In this document: positions 23,301 to 37,329 of the stretch, one piece after another
How the letters are laid out: every line of letters begins with the position of its first letter
Numbering within the stretch: the first letter of the stretch is position 1
Position numbers and translations under genes: made by a program
Assembly: GCF_000143415.4 (NCBI RefSeq)
Contig: NW_003314294.1
Coordinates: 1,354,416-1,418,415, forward strand
Direction: 5' to 3'
Length of the DNA: 64,000 nt
Source: Selaginella moellendorffii
Taxonomy: Eukaryota > Plantae > Lycopodiophyta
The notes under the pieces: model-generated
Told to the model about the DNA's origin: nothing
Database searches by the model: none
What the model saw: the letters and a program-made list of their open reading frames with translations, nothing else

Positions 23301-24937
23301 CAGAGGAGAACCTAGCGAACGCGCGAGATCTAGTGGAGGAATTTCTGCAAGGCAGAACTCTATGTACTTATGCAAAGTTCAATTAAAAAATATCAATTTG
23401 CAAAGTTGAGCAAGTGGCATGTGTTGGGACCCGAAGGCGCGCCGAAGGTAAGCTAATTAGCATGGGTTAGCTAAGTCGACCAGGCGTAGGGAGCTACGCC
23501 CGACTCCCTGTGGGGATGTCGAATCCGTAGACGTATTCTACGGAGGTTGGGTTCGAGTCCCAACCCCCTAGTAAAGCAAGGCTGGGTTCAAGTCCCGACC
23601 CTATACTAGGGCGTGGTGAGGTGAGGAGTATAGGGACACCTATATTCCGTTGTCATGGGCTCTTGGCCGGGGAGGCTAACTTAAGCACACCGCTAAGTGG
23701 GGGGATGCCCCCGGAGACATGGTCAACAAGTCGTAGGATAAAACGAGACGTTCGATGTGGGCATCGAACTTCTTCTATGGGTGGTGGAGTTGTAAGGAAC
23801 CAACTCGCTAAGGTGTCGTAGGCTAAAGGAACCCCGAAAGCATGACCAAAATGACAAAGAGTTCATCGGATGGGACCAAGTCGAAGATCGAGTCCAAGAC
23901 CGACTCTAGGACCGAGTTCGAGATCGAGTCCGGAATCGAGTCCGAGACCGACTCGGGGACCGAGTTCGAGTCCGAGTTCGAGACCGAGTTTGAGACGGAG
24001 TCCGAGATCCGAAATCGGGTCCGAGACCGAGTCCGAGGTCGAGTCCGAGGTCGGGTCTGAGATCGGGTCCGAGATCGAGTCCGAGATCGAGTCTGAAACC
24101 GAATCCGAAGTCGGATCCGAAATCGGGTCCGAGATCGAGCCAGAGACTAAGTCCAAATACTAATACGGGTCAAGGGGTGAAAGCCCAAAGCGTGCGTCTC
24201 CCGGGGGGGGGGGCTGCAGGGGGTTCCAAAAGTATAGTAGGGATAGTGAGGTCCAGGAACCAGTTTAGAAGGGACTCTCCAGTGGGGCTCCCAAACTGAC
24301 TTGAGGTTGGGACTGGGATCGAGGGGCCTTGGGTGGGAGTGAGCATGGACTTGGTTGGTGCCGGAGGGGCCATCCAAGGAAGTGCTCAAGAGCAGCTCCC
24401 ACTCCCGAAAGGGAAACCGATTGCGGTGCTCCTGGCTCATGTGGAGTGGTGCCCCACTTGAGTACCATGCGGCTCATTGGTCCTCACCCTTCCTAGGGGC
24501 TTGGGCCTTCCTTCGGGATGGAAGTGGGGGGCGAGAGGTACCCATACCGGGCCGCTAGGCCACGGTGTTTCGCCTCGGTGTCCCGAAGCAAGTGTTGCAC
24601 TCAAGACTTGGGATTTAGAGGGTCCCATGATCAAGTCTTGTGGTACCAAGGGGTGTTAGGAACCTGGAAGCTTGGTGTGCTTGGCTGCTTGTGCTTGTGG
24701 GGAGTGTAGCCGAACCTTAAGTCCAGTCTAACCCGGGGAGGGGGATTGGGAGTGAATTGGGAATCCGTGGAAGGATGGCTAACACTCCGTTGCTCGTGTA
24801 GTGAGTAGCTGAAACCAAGTAGGAGCTGGTACTATAGGCGAGAACCTTGGCAAGGGGACTTAGCAAAAGCCAAGTCAGTGTTGGACGGATAGTAGAGGTA
24901 AGCTGGCAAATTGGAAAGGAAAAATTTGTGGCTTACA
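20309..24937 (+). mobile_element. Chromovirus family A, 3' half: RT, RNase H, integrase, chromodomain, PPT (~23777-23790) and 3' LTR (23791-24937)
   Basis: [40 protein letters not shown]; chromodomain YEVEAIL...VKWKGF...TWEPEENL. Stops at 20852, 22271 and 22421. Confidence 0.95.
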
Positions 24938-27900
24938 TTAAGGTTGAAACTGGGGCCAAGGGGCCTTGGGTGGGAGTGAGCAGGGACTTGGGTGGTGCCA
25001 GAGGGGCTACCCCAGGAAGTGCTCAAGAGCAGCTCCCACTCTCGAAAGGGAAACCGACTGCGGTGGTCCCGGCTCAAGTGGAGTGGTGCCCTACTTGAGT
25101 ACCATACAGCTTATTGGTCCTCGCCCTTCTTAGGGGCTTGGGCCTTCCTTCAGGAGGGAAGTGGGGGGGTAGAGGTACCCATACCGGACCATTAGGCCAC
25201 GGTGTTTCGCCCCGGCATCCCAAAGCAAGTGTTGCACCCAAGACTTGGGATTTAGAGTGTCCCATGATCAAGTCTTGTGGTACCAAGGGGTGTTAAGAAT
25301 TTGGAGGCTTGGTGTGCTTAGCTGCTTATGCCTGCAGGGAGTGTAGCTGAACCTTAAGTCCAGTCTAACCCGGGAAGGGGTATTGGGAGAGATTTGGGAA
25401 TCCGTGGATAGATGGCTAACACTCCGTTGCTCGTGCAGTAAGTAGCTGAAACCAAGGAGGACCAAGTAGGAGCTGGTACCATAGGAGGGAACCTTGGAGA
25501 GGGAACTTAGCAAAAGCTAAGGCAGTGTTGGACAGATAGACGAGGTAAGCTGGCAAATTGGAAGGGAAAAATTTGTGGCTTACAATTTGGTATCGGAGCC
25601 TTTTCCTCAGTTTTAGTGAAGGATAGAGACGGATTGCTGGGAGATGGCAAAGGTAGGGCAAAAACAAACCAAGGCAAAGACGAAACCTTCTCCAGAGCTG
25701 GAACCTCCAGTCAAACAAGAGGCTATGGATGAGGAATCCTTGCATGAGGAGGACTCCAGTGAGGAAACTTCCAAATAGGAGTCTAGTGGTGAGGTTCGGT
25801 CGTCCAAGGCTTGATTGGACGTTCTAGAAGGACAATTGGCACAGACCAATGCCCTACTAAAGACTCTCGTGCGCAAACTAAAGCGTGACAAGAAGTGGAA
25901 GAAAAGGCAAAAGACTGAGGATGCTGGCAGCGTAGAAGGTGCGGACCCTTTGGCAGGGACTAAGGCAAAACCAAGTAATGTCAAACAAACCGAAGTGGAA
26001 TCAGTCCCACAAGTAGTTCACAAGTACAAACCAAAGCCCCCATTGGTCTTTAAGGGAGTGAACGAGTATAAGGTGGTGGAGGATTGGTTTTACGATATGG
26101 AGGACTACTTCCGAGTGTTGCGGTTACCGAGCTTGGAGAAGGTCCCATGTGCAAAACCATACTTGGCAGATAATGCCAAGTCTTGGTGGAAAACAATAGA
26201 GGCCAACGAAGGACCGGTGGCCACTTAGGACATGATGAAGGCAAGGATCTGCGTGACTTACGTTCCTCCGAATGCTACTCTGCATCTAAGAGACGAGTTG
26301 AGTAGGCTGAAGTAGACTGGAACCATTCAGGAGTATGTGAATGGGTTTATGACAAAGAGGATACTTATCACGGAAATGGGGGATATGGATGCGTTCCATG
26401 CCTTCATATCGGGCTTGCAAACCTGGGCTCGCGGCGAGGTGATGCAGTGGAACCCGACCAATTACAAGGAAGCATTGGATGCGGCTATCAAGGTGAATTT
26501 CAACAATAACTTGCGAAAGGGGAACACGATGGGGTCGGGGTCCACGTTTAGCAAAGGGGCCAAACCAAGGGGAACATATAGCAAAGGGAAATTCAAGAAG
26601 AGTTTCTCTAAGAATGAGTCCTTGGGGTTCCGGAAAGGCAAATCCGGTGGCCAGCGAGTAAGTATATGGGGGAGTCAAGCAAAAAGAGACAAACCCACGG
26701 ATAAGAAGGTCAAATTATTTAGCAACGTGGGAAACAACGTATGCTACAACTGCGGTGAGGCGGGACACTTTTCAAGAGAATGTCCCTACCCGAAGAAGGC
26801 CAGAGCCAATATAACCATTAAGTTAGGTGAAATCCAAACTGAAGTATGTGATCCAGTCCCTAGCTCAAAGTTACTCATTACACGAGCAACTTTGGTAGAG
26901 AGTTGTTCGCGACATTTACTAGCCCTCTGAGGGAAGTTCGAAGGTAGCTTTGTTAATATCTTTATTGACACGGGTGCTTCGGATAATTTTGTGGTTGGAG
27001 ACATAGTCCGGAAAGCCGGACTAACGGTGCAGCAGCTGGGCAAACCAAGGACTATAGAGTTTATTCAAGGTAGCCAAAGCACCGATGAAGTACTTCGACA
27101 AGCGAGAGTCGAAATAGGGACTTGGAAAGTAGACATGGATTTCACTGTGTTGGACATGGTGGGATTTGACGTAATCTTCGGAATGGATTGGTTTAATCAG
27201 TTCATGGTGGCCCTGCATGGACAAGGTAGAAACCTTGTGGTACTAGCGAATGCCCAAGGAAGAAGATCCAGGGTGGAGGCCTAGGATCTAAAGGTAGGGT
27301 AATAGAAGGCCAAAGATTCGTGCTTAAACCTGGTGTCCATGAGAGGACAACTCACTAAAGGGACCAAAGTAGCATTTTTGTGCTTACTCTCAGTGAGGAG
27401 TGACAAAAAGATAGGAACAGAAGAAGTACCTTTAGTGATATAGTGGGTGCTGAACCAATTCCAGGATACCATGCCGGAGGAGCTATCGGCGGGGTTCCCC
27501 CCCGCACGACTGATAGAACATAAGATTGAGTTAATCGAGGGTGTTGAAGCGGTGGTTCATCCCCCCTATCGTTTGAACGAAAAAGAACTCAAGGAGCTCA
27601 AGCACCAACTAAAAGAGTTGGTGGACAAAGGGTATATTAGGTTGAGCAAGTCGCCATATGAGGCGCCAGTGCTATTTGTGAAAAAGAAAGATGGATCTAT
27701 GCGATGTGCATAGACTATCAATTGCTCAACAAGTATACAAAGAAGAACAAGTACCCTTTGCCAAAGATTGAGGACCTATTCGATAGGTTAGGAAAGGCAA
27801 AATACTTCTCGAGAATTGACATAAGGTCAGGATACTACCAGATCAAGGTAACAGAGGAAGATGTCGAGAAGACAACCTGTTGAACGAGGTATGGGAGCTT

Positions 27901-30216
27901 CGAGTTTCTGATGATGCCCTTTGGGCTATATAATGCGCCGGCAACGTTTTCGATGTTGATGAACCATATCTTTGTACCCTATCTGGATCACTTTGTGGTT
28001 GTCTATATTGACAACATCCTGATCTATAGTGAAATGCTAGAAGAGCATGCCAAACACTTAATGAAGGTGTTTGAGAAACTAAGAGAATACCATCTGTATA
28101 CTAAAGAGAGCAAATGTGACTTTGCTCAACAAGAGGTAAAGTTTCTCGGGCATGTGGTGGGCCAAGACGAGCTCAAGGTGGACCCGGAGAAGGTCCAAGC
28201 GATCCAGGAATGGGAGCGACCATCGAATGTACATGAGTTAAGGGCATTCTTGGGGCTATGCAACTACTATCGAAAGTTTATCAGACACTATTCGAGAGTA
28301 GCTCTGCCCTTAACGGACCAAACAGGAAAAGAGAAGATGGTAGAATGCGAGGCGGCATTCGTCCACCTCAAGGGGAAGTTGAGGAAGGCTCCCGTGTTGG
28401 CATTACCAGACTTTGGTAAGGACTTTGAGGTAGAAATGGATGCTTTAAACCTTGCGTTGGGCGCAATTTTGAAGTAAGACAACCATCCAGTAGCGTTCTT
28501 CTCGAAGAAGTTGGACAAAGCTCAATGGAAGTGGCCTGCCCATGAGAAAGAATTGTTTGCGGTGGTCAAGGCGCTCAAGGAGTGGCAACACTACCTTGGG
28601 AGACACTTCAAGGTTTACATGGACAATGTGGCAACGAAACACTTCTTGTCATAACCCGACCTGAGAGGGAAACAAGGTCAGTGGGCCAATACTTTGGCCG
28701 AGTTTGATTGCGAGATTCTGTACAAGCCTAGGAAGAGCAACATCATGGCAGATGCGCTAACATCGTGGCAGATGCGCTAAGTCGAAAAGAGAGCTTGAAG
28801 TTGGCGATATCCAGCGCGACAACAACCTTTTGGGACGATGTGTAGACTGCATACAATAACGATGGTCTAGCACAAGAAGTGTTGCTGAGGACTCTAGAGG
28901 CACAAGAAGCTCATCAGAGAGGTGAGCTGCCAATGGAAGAGAAAACGAGCTATGTAGAATGCAACGGACTCATATATTATAAGCAAACGAGGGTGTATGT
29001 TCTAGAAGGGGAACTAAGGAAGGTAACCTTAGAAGAGTGTCATGACGGACCTCTTGCGGGACACGGCAAAGTGCCCAAAACGATGGGCTTACTCAAAAGG
29101 AAGTACCACCGGCCAGATATGGCTAAAGACGTTCAAGACTATGTAAAGACATGCCCAACATGTCAGCAGGTCAAAGCCGTGACTAAGGCTAGTGGGGGCT
29201 TGTTACAAAGCATCCCAATTCCAGATCGTCCGTGGAAATGTCTTACGATGGACTTCATCACGAGACTCCCCCCAAGTGAGGGGTTCGATGCGATATTCAT
29301 GGCGGTGGATCGATTTTCGAAGATGGCACATTTCATACCCACCACAACGGAAGTGGATGTGGAAGGTGTGGCGAAGCTATTCTTCGAATAAGTGGTACGA
29401 GTGCGAAGAAGGCCAGAAGAGATAATCTTAGATCAAGATAAAATTTTCACCAGTAGGTTCTGGAGAACACTCCTGGAACAGTATCGCACCAAGTTGAAAT
29501 TCAGCACAGCCTATCACCCACAGACAGGTAATGGGTATTAAGTCAAGTTTGATATCACTAACACTTCTTAACAGACAAACAAACGAAAAGGGTGAATAGG
29601 CAACTGGAGGATTATTTGCGATGCTATGTCTCGGGAGATCAGACCAATTGGGTAAGTCATTTGGGACTTGTGGAAATGTGTTATAACAACTCACCACATT
29701 CGAGCATCGAGGTGAGTCCATGGGAAGTCATCAATGGGTGAGCTATTGAAGGTCCTGTGGAACTTGATGTGGCCGAGTATCATGGAGAGTTACCCGTAGT
29801 GGAGGCATTCACAGCAGAAAGTTGAGCAATGGCATATGTTAGGACCCGAAGGTGTGCCAAATATAAGCTAATTAGCATGGGTTAGCTAGGTCGACCAAGC
29901 GTAGGGAACTATGTCTGACTCCCTGCGGGGATGTTGAATCCGTAGACGTATTCTACAGAGGTTGGGTTTGAGTCCCAACCCCCTAGTAAAGCAAGGCTGG
30001 GTTCAAATCCTGACCCCATACTAGGGCATGGTGAGGTGAGGAGTATAGAGACACCTATATTCCGTTGTCATGGGCTCTTAGCTAGGGAGGCTAACTTAGG
30101 CACACCGCTAAGTGGGGGGATGCCCCCGGAGACATGGTCAACAAGTCGTAGGATAAAAAAAAAAAAAAAAAGAGACGTTCGATGTGGGTATCGAACTTCT
30201 TCTATGGGTGGTGGAG
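24938..30216 (+). mobile_element. Older chromovirus family A copy: 3' part of the 5' LTR (24938-25584), PBS, gag with CCHC, protease, RT, RNase H, integrase (chromodomain deleted), PPT
   Basis: CYNCGEAGHFSREC, IDTGAS, YIDNIL. Colinear with 20309-23790. Many stops. Ends in ATGGGTGGTGGAG at the gap. Confidence 0.93.
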
Positions 30217-30316
30217 NNNNNNNNNNNNNNNNNNNNNNNNNNNNNNNNNNNNNNNNNNNNNNNNNNNNNNNNNNNNNNNNNNNNNNNNNNNNNNNNNNNN
30301 NNNNNNNNNNNNNNNN

Positions 30317-33300
30317 ATGCAGTTGAAATGAAAGTTGACTTACAAGCAGTCCTCTAGAGTAGTGACCAAGGATGTGGTCGCATGACAAGGAAGTCATAGA
30401 GAACAAGGGGACTTAGTGGTCGGACATGTGAACTTTGATCTAGTGGCAGTGTTGGCGAATACAGCCATGGACAGAAAGGGACTAAGTGGGGACTAAAAAA
30501 GAGACATTGGGGAAAGCCATTCCTCATGTCTGCGAACATCCTAAAGATGCTAAGGAGTGGATCTAGGATGATCACTCATGGACGGGTGGCTCAATCTTTG
30601 AGAGATGGGATTGCAATGCAAGTAGTGTTAGACCACCAGTGTGACCAAGGTGAATGGGCATGGCCTTAGCGTAATAGGCTGATATGTAGGTGGTACCTTG
30701 GAGTGTTGGTCATGGGATCAGACATGTGGAGCACTTGGACCAAGTGCAAAGGTTGAGTGGCATGGATGTCATTCTCGGGGTTAACAAGTCCCCAAGCCTG
30801 GAATAAAACTTATGAAGGTTGTTGTAGCACATGTGATCATGGGATAAGATTTGGATATACTGTCATCGTGGATCCTTGGAACTTTGGGGGATAAATGGGG
30901 TGTTAGGGTGTGGCCACGGAGAGAGTGAGAGAGATAAAGGGAATATTCTGGTCCTCAAAATATTCCCCATCTTCCTTGTATAAAACCCTTGCCTCACAAG
31001 GGCAAAGGGGGCATTTTTGGCAGAGAGCAATAAAGCATTTCTCATGTTTGAGCGAGCGTTGGGGGAGGCGCCCTTCCTTCCCCCAACAAATGGTGAACCC
31101 GGCGTGATGCACAGCACTTTTTGAAGTGTCATTTCTCTCTTTTCTTTTGGTCGCAGACTTTCGGAAGGAATTCCTTGTTCGTCTTATGGTGGGTTTCTTT
31201 GATCTTGGGTGTGTTGGATAGGTCTAGAGCTCCTCTTTTCAGCAAGGTATAGCGCTCATCAAGCCGTGCAGTATTTGAAGAGATACAACGTTTCTTGGCT
31301 CGGTTGGATGACCATTTTGGGGTTTTCACTTTCTCACCTGAATCTTCAGCCAAATTTCTCAAGGTAGTGCATTTGGGCTTGTAGATCTGGCCTAGATCTA
31401 TGAGTAGTGGTGGTTCTTGGCACTAGATTTGGGCGAATTGACGGCATGCAAAAGGATTTCCTTCTCTGGCCAAGTTGGGTCATTTTTGTAGTAGGAATTC
31501 GTGTTCCTTCGGGCTTTGTTTTGGCTGCCGTTTGTTTCTAGAGGTGCTCTTGGTCCTAGGCTTTCCAAAAATATAAATGGCACCTCAGTATCAATCTACA
31601 TCATGGACATGCACATGTTTTTCCACAATGTTGGCGTTCTGGGCTACCTCTTCGTGGATTTCAGGGGATATTGGGGCAGCTTCTTCCCACATTCCTACAA
31701 TAGAGGGTAGATGGGGCTGAGCCCTTTCCAATGAGCCCACCAACAGTCAAAATGGAGAAGGGTCAAGACTAGAGGACTCATTTTTCTCTTTTGGGTTACA
31801 CTTTGTTGGGGGTTCCTTGGGAACGAAGCAATCTTCAAGGAACAAGTAACCGTAGGAACAAGAACAAGAGGAGCAAGAACAAGAGTTGGCGTAGGAACAG
31901 GGACAATAGGAATAGGCACAAGGATAGGAGTTGGTGTTGGAGCAAGCGCAGGGGTAGGAGCGAAAGCAAGGGTTACCAGTTACAGGTCACAGGTCCTTAG
32001 TTACCGGCTACCGGCTACTCTAGCGGCTACCCCGGTTACCAACTAGCGGCTGCTCTAGCGGCTACCCCAGTGGCTACTCCGGTGGTTACCCTACAGGTCA
32101 AAGGCATTTTGAGCAATTTGAGCACTAGCCTACAGTCTTCTTGCTCCTGTCAACCCAATTGCCTTGACCGAGCATTTGCAGTGTTCAGGGTATTTGATGC
32201 CGGTACAAACTAGACGTACGACAAATTGGCACCCTTTCACCATACCTCAAGGCCCTAAGGTACGGAGTAAACTTTCTAACATCCAAAGGCAACTTAGGTA
32301 CAACATTGCACCTTCTCAGGCCGAGTCCTCTTCATCCTTGACAGATTCTAGTGACTTAGATCTACGAGCTATGGCATAGCCACCTTTAGCTCAACCTCAA
32401 CTCCATATTCTGCAGAAGGGGAGTGATCTGCTGGTCTTCTCAGGTGTTGGAACAGTCTCTCCAACATCACATATTAGTCGCTTTGATTACTACTGCACCA
32501 CAAACATGATCATCAACGATGATCGTATGTGCCGCGACTTCCTGCAGTCTCTCGAAGGCAAAGCAGCAACTTGGGCAGATTCTCTCCTCCCAGAGGACCG
32601 GACAGACTTCCAAACACTACTTGCTTCTTTCAGAGAACACTTCGTTGAAGAAAAACCCACAAATCGGCTACTTGTCGACCTCTTTTCGTTCCAGCAGAGT
32701 GCTCACGAATCTGTTCCTGACTACATCACATGGTTTCGAGCTTACTGGAAGCAGTGTTGGGATCGCCGAGTAGTCCACGATGAGCAACAGGGGATCACAA
32801 CATTCACAGCGGGTCTGCATGGGAACTTGCAGCGGAAACTTCTTAAGAAGACATTCAGCTCTTGCCGCGAGGCATTTTTGTTTGCCACAAAGCTAGAAAG
32901 AGAGCTTTTGGTCAACTTGGGGATTGCTAGAGTTGATTTCGACCAAGCCATCATCCCGTCAGAGTCACCTTGTGCATCTATTCACCCATCCACATCAAAG
33001 CCTGTCGCTATTGAACATACACCTCCGGCTCTTGAGAACTTTGCCAATGAGATGCGGCAGCTGCAGGAGATCATTCTTCAACAGCAATCACACCATGACA
33101 AATTGCTCCAGGAGCTGGTGGAGTCCAGGAAAGAGGCCGCTACAGCTCAGGAACGCAGATTTAAGTCTCGTTGGTGCACTCACTACGAGATGAACACACA
33201 CAACACACAGCACTACTTCAAGCTTCACCCAGAGCTTCAGCCTCCATCTTCTCAACGTGTCCAACAACATCCCTTCGCTGATAATTCCACATCGTCTCGG

Positions 33301-34640
33301 GGTCCAGAGACATATTAGGAGAAATTGGAGCGACAAGCAATTGAGGCAGCCCCTTCCTCAAGCAAAGGCAAGGCACCAGCCTCATCGGTCAACACAATTT
33401 TGGTAGTCGAGGAACTCTATAAGCAATAGTAGCAAACCGCAGCCACTCGAGCCCAAGCGAGGAAGAAGGTAGCCACTCAGTCTGCCACAGATCCCCCAGC
33501 ACTGGTTAAGAGCGAATCTCCGTTAGCATTAGGCCCAGTGACATAGAGGGTAGCTTGTAAACTCCCCTTCAAGTCACTTCTCTCTCCTCCTCCTGAGATC
33601 TCACCAACAGCTACTCCTATTCTGGAGCTGGTTCTTCAACAACTGGTTGACACTCCTATCACCTTTTCGCTCTGAGATATGTTGTGTCTTGTCCTAGGAT
33701 TCGGCCAGCGTTTGGAGGAGTTTGCACGGTCAGGAACACCAGAGAGCACTCTCAAGAAGACTCCTCAAGAGGTGCACATTGTCGATATGACAAGATATGG
33801 AGGAGATCCTGGTCTGTTCTTCATCCCGGTGCAGATCGGTACTTCCTCTTGTAGGATGGATGCTTTGGTTGACTCTGGTTCTGGAAGCAACATTATCTCT
33901 CTTAAAGCTGCCCTTTCAGCATAGCTATAGATCACTGAGAGCTCCTCCATCATGCTCAAAACCTTTGCCAACCATACCATTCCTCCAGCGGGAATTTGCT
34001 GTGATGTCAAGGTCTCTGTGCAGGGTGTTGTTTCTGAGGTGGATTTCCTCATGGTTGACTACCAACGTCTTGGAACATCCTCTTTGAAGGACTCTATCAT
34101 CCTTGGCCACTCATGGCAAGTCACAGCCTATTGCACCATTGACAGCGCACAAAGCAAGATGGAAATTAGCGATGGAACCCATAGTGCCACCTTTGTCAAC
34201 AACCACAACAGAGTTCTTTCTTAGCAAGCCCAACAAGCTTGGACTAAGATAGCCTCCACACCATACTTTCCTCCCGACCTCACAGAGGTTTTTCCTGAGT
34301 TGGCAGTGGCGTCAACCATCTATATGGCAGATGTTTTCTCATGCAATGCGATTAACACAGTTGGAGGTGAGTCAGGTAGCCCGAGACATCTCTCAGCTTC
34401 ACTCTCTTTATTTGAGAGTAAGGCCGAGCCTCTAGACAGGCCCTCTTTATTTGAGGGCGGGGCTTATAGGGTACGGGCTCCCATATCCAGCTTTTCGGAG
34501 TGTTTCTTGATAGAGGAAGGGCTCCTCAATTCATTTCTTGCATGGGACCAACTCTCTCTTATGGAGCTTGATGACATAGTCACCCCAGACCGAGTCCATC
34601 TTTCACAGGACACAATTGAACTCAATTCTCCTCAGCAAAC
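30317..34640 (+). mobile_element. Family B retroelement copy: long leader, gag (32506-33318 and beyond) and aspartic protease (~33780-34200), decayed
   Basis: Leader homologous to 4790-6563. gag motifs LEGKAATW and QQSAHESVPDY, degenerate zinc knuckle WCTHYEMNTHNTQHY, protease ALVDSGSGSNII. Confidence 0.8.
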
Positions 34641-34644
34641 TTGA

Positions 34645-37040
34645 AATTATCCAAGTGTGAGTTTTTCTTGGAGGAGATTAAATATCTCAAACATTTAATT
34701 TTAGTGCATGGTGTAAAAGTTGATCCCCCAAAGATCCAAATTATGGTTAATTAGTGTATACCTTTGATAGTGCATGATCTTTGTAGTTTCCTAGGTATAG
34801 TTGGAGTTTTCTTATGATTTGTGAAGGTTTTCTTAAAGATAGTTACTCCTTTAACTAATCTTCTCTAGAACACATCAAAAAATGCTACTATTTATGGTTG
34901 GTATGAGAAGTGTGAAGTGGCATTTCAATGTTTGAAGTAGTGTTATGTTTTTGCTCCCATGTTGAAGATTTTTGATCTTGAAAAGCCTCTTATAGTCGAG
35001 ACAAATGTGAGTGACATTGCTATTGGGCTCATATTGCTTCAAGTTAGGCATCCTTTTGTGTATATAAACTATAAGCTTAATGCTATAGAGTAGAATTGGC
35101 ATACTTGAGATAAGGAGTTGTATGCCATGATTGCTGGTATAAAGGAATGGTGACATTATTTGTATGGATTGAACTTCCATGTAAATTTAAATCTTCAATC
35201 TTTCCAATACTTTAGTTGTTAAAAGGATTTTTGGAGCTGCCTTACTCATCAGCAAGTGCCTTACTCATTAGTAAGAGTTCTTGCAAAAGATGATTAATAG
35301 CATCTAGTATAAATGGAAGTGATAATAAAGTGCTTAATGTATTATATGGGATAATAAGTTCTAAGCTTCTTAAATTGTGAGTTTAAGGAGTTTGTTGACT
35401 TTTACTCTTTTATCACTAATATTCAGTGATATTCAATGATATTTATATGAATGTTTTGTTGAGGGGCTCATGAATTTGGACTTCCCAGGAAGTCACCAAG
35501 CCCAATACTATTCAAATTCAAGGATGTATAGCATTAAGTATTCTAAAACCTTTAATCAATTGAAAAAAAAAGGGATGCACTCTTGTTCATAAACTCTTTC
35601 CTTTTTATATTTAAACCCCTATGGATCGTTTCTTGAGTTGTTCTTTTTAGTTACTTATAAACACTTGAAAGGTGACAAATTTGCATCATTTGGGATACGA
35701 GATAGAATCCTAATGGAAAAAGGATGTGTGGTGGTTCCTCATGTTGGCAAACTCATCAAACATGTTTTGGTTGAGTGTCATGATGTATCAAGTATTGAGC
35801 ATCCAAGGGTACTAAGGATGTATGTGTTAGTGAAGAGGCTTTTTTTTTTTTTTTCTTGGGATGAAGTCAGATATTGAGAAGTACATATGTAATTGTTTGA
35901 CCTACCTAGTGGTTAAAGTTGATCAGCAAAAGTTCACTAACCTTTATCCTCCTTTGTGTATTCGAGAATAATTGGGATAGCATCTCAATGGATTTTACCA
36001 TTGGTTTACTTTAGACCTTTCAAATAAATGATGTTATTTGGGTTGTTGTGAATCATTTGACAAAGATGGCTCACTTCTTCCTAGTGAAAATAATTATTAA
36101 AGCTTCTGAACTTGCTTAGTTGTTTGTAAATTAATTATTTAATCTCTATGGTTTGCCAGGTGATATTGTGAATGATCAGGATCCCAAGTTCATATCCAAG
36201 TTTTAGCAAATAGTCTTTGAGAAGCTAAAGACTAAGCTGAGTATGAATATTGGTGAGCATCCAAAATCAAATAGGCAAATAGTTGTTGGAAGATATGCTA
36301 AGGTCTTTTGTGAGAAACTTCAATAGAAAGTATAGGAGATATATTTGTCTTTACTTCAATTTATTCACAATAACGCTCATCAATTGGCTATTGGTATGTC
36401 TCCATTTATAGTGATGTATAGCTATGAGCCTAAGTCTCTTATAAGCTTAAGTTTAGCTTTGGTTTGGGTACCTCATGCATGTGATTTCCTAGAGGATATA
36501 TAAAACAAGTTTAAGTTGGTAAAGTTGAATATGAGGCAAGTTTAAGATCTAAGCAAAATATTGGTTGATGAGCGTAATCATTATCAAGAGTATAAAGTTG
36601 GTGATAAAGTTTTCCTTAAGATATTAAATGTACAGTGGTCTTTGTAAGGAGGTGGTAGGGCTAAGTTGTTTTTCATGGTATTGTGGGCCTTGGACAATTT
36701 TACAGCGTGTGGGGGATTTTGCATACACTTTGTACTTGCCAACTAATTCAAAAATTCATCTAACATTCCATATGAATAAGCTTAAAGTATATTTACACTT
36801 TGGTGATGTCATGGATTAATCCATCATCCAAGTCTCAGAGATTGATGCTAAGAAGGTTGGTCTAGCCAATATTATTGCTCAAAGATTGGTGAAAATACAC
36901 CAAAAGACAAAAGAGTTTTTAATTCAATGGAATAGTTATTTTATGGACAAAGCTACATAGAAAACTGAGAATAACATAAAGAGAGTGTTTTTGAGTTTTG
37001 ATTTTAACTTAGATGACATTATTGAGGAAGGGGAAAATTA
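34645..37040 (+). pseudogene. Highly decayed AT-rich gypsy pol (RT end, RNase H, integrase, chromodomain-like tail) with PPT-like GAGGAAGGGGAAAA
   Basis: Remnants VKVDPPKIQ, VECHD, HLTKMAHF, CGPWTILQRVGDFAYTL. Confidence 0.75.
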
Positions 37041-37329
37041 AATTCTATAGCTATATTACTATATGATTTATTCTCATTCTCTTGTTTCCATAACCATATT
37101 GTCATATCAGAAAGCTGTATTGCTTTCTTTTTTTCATGGTCATTTGTCATAATATTAATGTTGGCGTTTGCACATTTTTTCTTCATGGCTATATTTCCTT
37201 AGAGTCCCTTCATGTGAGGCTCATTTAAGCTCTTAAAAGCTCCTGTTTGTAGTGATGAAAATAACATGAACCACAAAAATATTCCAAGAATATTCTATGG
37301 CCTATGGGACATAAGGCACCAGAGACCCT

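Noticed and set aside
3278-24937. One intact family A element spanning both LTRs
   Set aside because: Flanks do not form a TSD (CTTTT vs TTAAG), the LTRs differ visibly, and most of gag/PR is missing between them.
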